Shown piece by piece: positions 58,096 through 64,000 of a DNA stretch of 64,000 bases. A program made the translations under genes and the position numbers. The number at the start of each line of letters is the position of its first letter. Within the stretch, counting starts at the first letter, position 1. Below the pieces are notes generated by a model. That model saw only the letters and a list, made by a program, of their open reading frames with translations, had not been told where the DNA came from and ran no database searches. The DNA lies in NCBI GenBank assembly GCA_008632985.1, contig QPGO01000056.1:62001-126000 (forward strand). Reading direction: 5' to 3'. This DNA is from Psammoneis japonica. Lineage: Eukaryota.

Positions 58096-61000
58096 ATGGA
58101 GGGGGAGGATGTAGGTAAAGCGCCGTCAGTTGAGATAGCAGCTGACGGTAGCCCGCTTCCGGAGGAGGAACCATCGACTCCTCAAGAGGCTAATGCTGCT
58201 GCTGCTGAAGATCCCGAACAACCCTCCAAAGTGACCTTTGGAGAAGACGTACCTGATGATGCACCGGAACGCGCAGGAGACTTTGTCTTGTCTCCCGGTG
58301 CCTCCTTGCGGCGCTTGTCTGCCCGCTCCTTTTACCAAAAGGAAGAACGTCAGGACCACTTGCATCAATTGGTGCGGCAGAGGCGTGCCAGCGTCCGATA
58401 CATGGACCAGGTGATTGACCATCAGACGAGCTCGGTGCTATCGGATTCCGTTGCACCTCTTACCTCTACCATCAGGAAAGGGGTTGATGATAAAGCCAGT
58501 TACCTCAAGGAGGCCGAAAAGTATCGTGCAGAAGAGATGAAGCACTTTCCTGAAGCTCGTGCTCGTATGGAGGTGCGCTTGGACGGCTTTTCCTATGTTG
58601 TACAAGAAGATCCGTCTTCGGATAAAATCAAGACCGTGTACAACCAGAGTCCTGTGTACAAGATCAACAAGTGGGTCAAGCGTGTCTGGAAAAGGTTGCC
58701 CAAACCCCGCCCACAACCAAAGACCGTGTTGGACGACGTTAATCTCGCTCTCAAGGCTGGAAAAATGTACCTGGTACTCGGCCCTCCCGCCTCGGGCAAA
58801 ACGACCCTTTTAAAGGCCATCGCGGGGCGCCTACCCATGGACAATGGAGAAGAGGTTCAAGGATCTGTCAAGTATAATGGGTTAGAGATGAAAGGTAATC
58901 ACTTTGCGCTGAATGGCAAGATCCTTAAGGCGAATCGAGAGAGTATTCATATTGAGAATGCCATTTCTTTTATTGAGCAACTCGATCGCCACGCGCCTCG
59001 GCTTACTGTAAAGGAGACCTTTGACTTCTCGTTTCAATGTCAGAGCGGTAAGTCACCATGCAGGGGAGGACACGTAAAGAGCCTGTTAGAATTTTGGATC
59101 AGAATCAGCTGATTTGTTGTTATTTCGTTTTGCTATATCAGGAGGCACACACGCAGGATGCCGAGAGGTCAAAACGGAGGAGGCAAAAGAATATATTAAA
59201 AAAGTCGATAACGACGGGGTTCGTGTTAAACTCGTTATGGAAACACTTGGACTTGCCCATGTTGCAGACACCTTTGTGGGTGACACCACGGTTAGGGGTG
59301 TGAGTGGCGGACAGCGCCGACGCGTGACGGTTGGCGAAATGTTAACGTCGGGTTGCTCCGTCTTGTGTGCCGACGAGATCTCGACCGGTTTAGACGCGGC
59401 GTCGACCTACGATATGATCAATGCGCTCATGATGTTTAGCAGAGTTTCGAAAACGAGCCGTGTTATTTCGCTCCTGCAGCCGAGCCCGGAGACTGTCAGT
59501 CTGTTTGACGACATTATCTTGCTTTCCAACGGAAAGTTGATCTACGCTGGACCTCTCGAAGATGTAGAGAACTACTTTGCTTCTCTCGGATACACCGCTC
59601 CCGAGTTTATGGACCTTGCCGATTTCTTGCAGATGCTTTCAACCCCGGACGGTGCTGCGCTGTTCAATCCTCCCGACAACACAAGGTCCGAACCGTACAC
59701 GGTCGACGAATTGGCAGAGGCCTTTAGGGTCAGTACTCACGGTTTGAATATGGTGCGCGATCTGAAAAAGCCCTGGAAGTATCGTTGGGCCAGCCAGGTG
59801 TTTGACTTGGGAGAGGACGAGGTCGACGATGCCAGCGGAAGGGCAATCGACATGAGTGATTTGGAGAGAAAGTACTCAAATTCTTTTGGGCGGTCGACCA
59901 TGCTGAATCTGAAGCGAGCTTGGACAATTTGGACGAGGGATAAGCGTTTCATCATTGCAAATGCAATTAAGAACGCAATTATGGGCGTTAGTGTAGGTGG
60001 TGTCTTCTTCAACACTGATGACCCGGTTTCTATAATGGGTGTGCTGTTTCAAGCAATGCTCTTTATCATGCTGGGTGCCATGGTTGCTGCCCCCGGGCAG
60101 TTAGCTGATCGAGCCGTCTTCTATCGGCACAGTGATGCCAACTTTTATCCCGCTTTCCCCTATGGTGAGTTTTTAGTTTCATGACTTTGCGGTAGGGCGC
60201 ATTGCCTCACTGGCTTGACTAAATCCATTATTTCCGAATCCCGTGTTTCAGTGATTGGAAGGTCGATTGCTGTAATTCCGCAGGTAAGTTGTTAGCGTGT
60301 TTTACGCCATTGACGCCAGTCTCTATTTGAGCGGGTTTCTCACGCGAAACATATTTCCTTCCGATGAATGTAGGCAATCACGGACGTGTTGCTTTTCGGA
60401 ACGATTCTCTACTTTATGGTTGGGCTAACCAGGACGGCTGAGAACTATTTCATTTTCATTGCAGTTCTCGTTGTGTTCACTTTGGTTATGAATCAGATGC
60501 TTAACATCTTCGCGTCGGTCTTGGCAACGGCTTCTGCTGTTCAAGGGATGAGTGCAGTCGTTTTGCTGTTCTCGGTTGTTTTTGGTGGTTTCATTGTCGC
60601 TCCAGAGAGTGAGTAGATTCTTACTATCTTCTACCAGGTCTTGCGCTTTGATGCTCACTTTTGTTGTTGCTGTCTAGTCATTCCGAATTATTATATTTGG
60701 ATCTACTGGTGGAATCCTCATGCCTGGGCGTACCGAGCTCTCGTCGTCAGTGAGTTTTGGAGTGATGACTGGAGCGATCCAGTGACAACTGGAACTGGTG
60801 AAATTGTTCCAAAGGGCGAACAAGTTCTTGATTCTCTTGGGTTCACCAGCGGTGGCGAGGTTTTTGGACAAGAATGGGTGGGTTATTCTTTCGCTTATCA
60901 ATTACCGTATCTTCTTCTCTGTGCGCTCTTGACTGGTCTTGGACTTATTTTCGTGCGCGTGGAAGGCTCTGACAAGTCTTCAGACAACGCCATGCCCGTT

Positions 61001-63390
61001 GACCCTCTTGCGAAGAGCGGAGAAGGCGTGGAAGAGGAAGAAGAATTTAACTTGGAATTCACCCCTGTCACAATTACTTTCGAGGACATTTGCTATGATG
61101 TGAAGGCGTCGAAAGGTAAAGAGCAGCTAAGGCTTTTGAACAATGTGAATGGTTTCTTCGCTGCTGGTCGAATGTGCGCGTTGATGGGAAGCAGTGGTGC
61201 TGGCAAGACGACACTTATGGTAAGTTTCGCTGCCATAGTCAGTAGCTCAATTTTTTGGGGGGTCTAATGGCACTTCTGCAAACGTATTTCCAGGATGTCA
61301 TTGCGCTTAGGAAAAGCACAGGCACAATTACTGGTGACATACGGCTTAACGGATTCCCGCAGGAAGCTGTGGCCTTCAGACGCTCTTCTGGATATGTGGA
61401 ACAGTTCGACGTGCAATCTGCTGAATTAACAGTGAGAGAGACAGTGCAGTTCTCTGCAAGACTTCGCTTGGACTCCAATGACCCTGCAGTAGCAAGCGAT
61501 GAAGCGAAGGATCGCTATGTTGACTTTGTGCTAAAAACTTTGGAGCTTACGCCTCTTGCTCAAACTACTGTCGGAACCGACGAAGAAGGTGGTCTTAGTT
61601 TCGAACAGAAGAAGCGTTTGTCCATAGCTGTGGAATTGGCTGCATCACCGTCCGTCATTTTCCTTGACGAGGTTAGTAGTTGCGATACCTCACGGATATA
61701 CGTATCTTCTCTTTCGATTCGGTGCTCACAATTTTTCTTTAACTTTCGTTTCTGCGAACCACAAAGCCGACGTCGGGGTTAGATGCACGTGCCGCTTTGC
61801 TAGTTTGCAAGTCGCTGCGACGTATTGCCGACACGGGACGAACGGTGGTTGCTACCATTCATCAGCCCTCTTCTGCTGTGTTTGGAATGTTCGTAAGTTC
61901 CTTCCGTGTTGTGTTCGAGGATGGCATTGAAATATGTTGTTTATCATTGTATTGCTTAATCGACGTCGTTGCTTCTTCACACAGGATGACTTGCTGCTAC
62001 TCAAAAAGGGAGGGAGAACAGTGTTTTTCGGGGAGTTGGGCGATGATTGTGGCCATCTTGTCGATTACTTTGAAGAACGTGGCGCTGCACCGATCGGCAG
62101 AGGCGAGAACCCAGCCAACTGGATGCTCAAAGTTATGGGAGGCGGTGTTTCTGATTCTGAAGTGGACTTCGCTGAAAAGTACAAAGAGTCCGACGAAGCA
62201 AAAGATGCGCTCGCTAAAATACAAGAAATAAGGGACAACCCAGACCCAGAGAAGGAAGTGAGGTTTGAGAGTGAGTTCGCTGCTCCATTTAACACCAGGA
62301 GGCGGCTTCTCAGCAAGCGGTTGCAGACCATATACTGGCGCTCTCCGTCGTACAACCTCACCCGAATGCTTATTTCAGCGGTGATCGGCTTCATTCTCGG
62401 GTCGATCTTTCTATCGAACAGGAGGCCAGAGGTAATGTCTGAAGTATACATGACGTCTCTCTTTGGAACAGTGTTTATCTCGTTCATCATTACCGGAGTA
62501 AGCGCAATCACCTCAGTGCTTCCCGTGATGTTGCAAATCCGAGATGTCTTCTACCGCCATCAAGCCGCGGGAATGCTTGGCTACAAATCGCTTGCGCTTG
62601 CGCTGGGAACGAGCGAGAAGTGGTTCATCGTCATTTCATCGTTTCTCTTTTGTGTTGTGTATATTCCGTGTTCCGGAGTAGCGACAAAAGCGGGGCCGTC
62701 AATTGCCTTTTGGGTAAGCTCGAGGCAAAAGTGAAAGCTGCGCAGTGCAGTTGGTTTGTTTCTTTGTTTCTGTTTGGCTTACATGATTCTGTTTGATGCC
62801 AATTTTCGTCTAGGGTTTCTTCACCTTCAATGTTGCGATCTACTCATACTTTGGCCAATGCTTTATGGCTTCCGTCCGTGGTAAGTATAAACTTCATAGT
62901 TTGCATCAGCGGATCATTGTGAGATTCTTCGGTCTGTCCGATGAACTCACGTTTTCTTCGGTTGTTTCATTTGCAAGGTATGAGCACTGCACAGATTTTG
63001 GCTTCTGTCTTTATCGGGATTAACAATTTCTTCAGCGGCTTTATCGTGAGGCCTCAATTTCTGGAAAGCATTTTCAAGGTATCTGCTTATATCACACCGG
63101 GAAGCTATGTGTACGAGGGAATGATTGTTGCTCTTTTCAAAGAGGATAACCGTACTGTGGTTGCTAGCCAGGGATCTGAGTTCTTTCAAGAACTTGGATG
63201 CGACGAAACTACTCCTATCGGAGAATGTCAAGGATCGGTGATCGACTTTGTGAATTCGTTCTTTGGCGGTGAATATGAGCTATCCAACGAGCGAATTGCG
63301 CGAAACGCAGTTATTCTTGGTGCCTTCCTGATCATTGCAAGAGTGGCGACGGTTGTAGCTTTGAAGTACTTGAGGTATACCTCAACTTAA
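58096..63390 (+). CDS. Full-size ABCG / PDR-type ABC transporter (NBD-TMD-NBD-TMD), 10 exons
   Basis: Walker A GPPASGKT and GSSGAGKT; signatures VSGGQRRR and LSFEQKKR; Walker B CADEISTGLD and FLDE|PTSGLD; two TM domains. GT-AG introns read at 59048-59141, 60165-60251, 60284-60373, 60609-60677, 61220-61293, 61672-61766, 61893-61984, 62714-62813 and 62881-62977. Stop TAA at 63388-63390. Confidence 0.96.
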
Positions 63391-63511
63391 GAAAATGTGT
63401 TGTGTTATTTGCTCTCATGAAATGCGACGAGTTACTCCGGGTGGAGCGAAGCGCAGGATTGTGAGTTGGTAGTTTATTAAAGTTCAGTTATGTCGAAAGC
63501 TTCCAAGTAGT

Positions 63512-64000
63512 CTATTGCTTCTTTTCAAACGCTTCAATCCGGGTAACCATTTCTCTTAGGAACTCTGCCTGGACTCGCTGAGCCATGGATCCACTTTCAA
63601 GTCCTAGAACTTGCTGTTCAATTGCACGTTGTACTTCGCCGAGCAGAGCCCCTGGTGTCACTTCACCCTGCTGCAAGCCCTTGCCGATTTCTTCGTCCCA
63701 TGAGTCAGTGTCAACGTCGAGGAGTTTCTCAAATAGCATTGAAGCAGGACTAGGATCCTTTGATGTCGACTCAGTCTGCGCCCGCACTCGTGTAACTTGT
63801 GTTCCTGCGTACATTTGGAGCACCTTTTGCAGAATCCCAACCATTCCGTCCATTCCGTCCTGATGACTTTTGTTCATCCACGCATCCACTGTCGACAAAA
63901 ATCCCTCATCCAACGAGGCAGGATCCAAATCCTTAATAGCACTTCTCATGGCATCTAAACGTTCCGTGGTGAGAGGAACGAGAAATTCTCCTGAATCCGG
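63512..64000 (-). CDS. 3' end of a host protein-coding gene of unknown function (partial, convergent with the ABC gene)
   Basis: Frame is open from the window end (PDSGEFLVPLTTERLDAMRSAIK...) to TAG at 63512. Ordinary composition, helical-looking sequence. Confidence 0.8.
   Translation of the reverse strand, partial: PDSGEFLVPLTTERLDAMRSAIKDLDPASLDEGFLSTVDAWMNKSHQDGMDGMVGILQKVLQMYAGTQVTRVRAQTESTSKDPSPASMLFEKLLDVDTDSWDEEIGKGLQQGEVTPGALLGEVQRAIEQQVLGLESGSMAQRVQAEFLREMVTRIEAFEKKQ

Noticed and set aside
57486..58097. 203-aa minus-strand ORF upstream of the ABC gene
   Set aside because: It runs through the MITE and the promoter/5'UTR and has no recognisable domain, so it is probably a chance ORF.

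Overview
Eukaryotic genomic DNA, most likely from a diatom. This is inferred from the short GT-AG introns, the secreted-protein style and the diatom-type Copia/Gypsy/piggyBac elements. About 53 kb (roughly 1-24.4 kb and 28.5-57.0 kb) is a nested graveyard of transposable elements: Ty3/Gypsy (3 copies or fragments), Ty1/Copia, a complete Ngaro-like tyrosine-recombinase retrotransposon plus a relative, IS630/Tc1-mariner, piggyBac, Plavaka-like, several MITEs and a TRIM. There are three host genes: an intronless secreted protein with a MepA-like LAS metallopeptidase domain, a 10-exon full-size ABCG/PDR transporter, and the 3' end of an unknown gene. The main signal is a strand-symmetric hypermutation confined to the repeat blocks that turns TpA into TpG or CpA. 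Conserved Tyr codons in every element class have become His or Cys (YVDD>CVDD, GYYH>GHCH/GCCH, DNAPYH>DNAPCH, and the catalytic recombinase Tyr is His in one copy and Cys in another). TAA/TAG stops are largely erased, while the host genes keep normal TpA. This looks like a RIP-like genome-defence process of opposite polarity, acting on A:T pairs at TpA. I know of no description of it, though I cannot search the literature.
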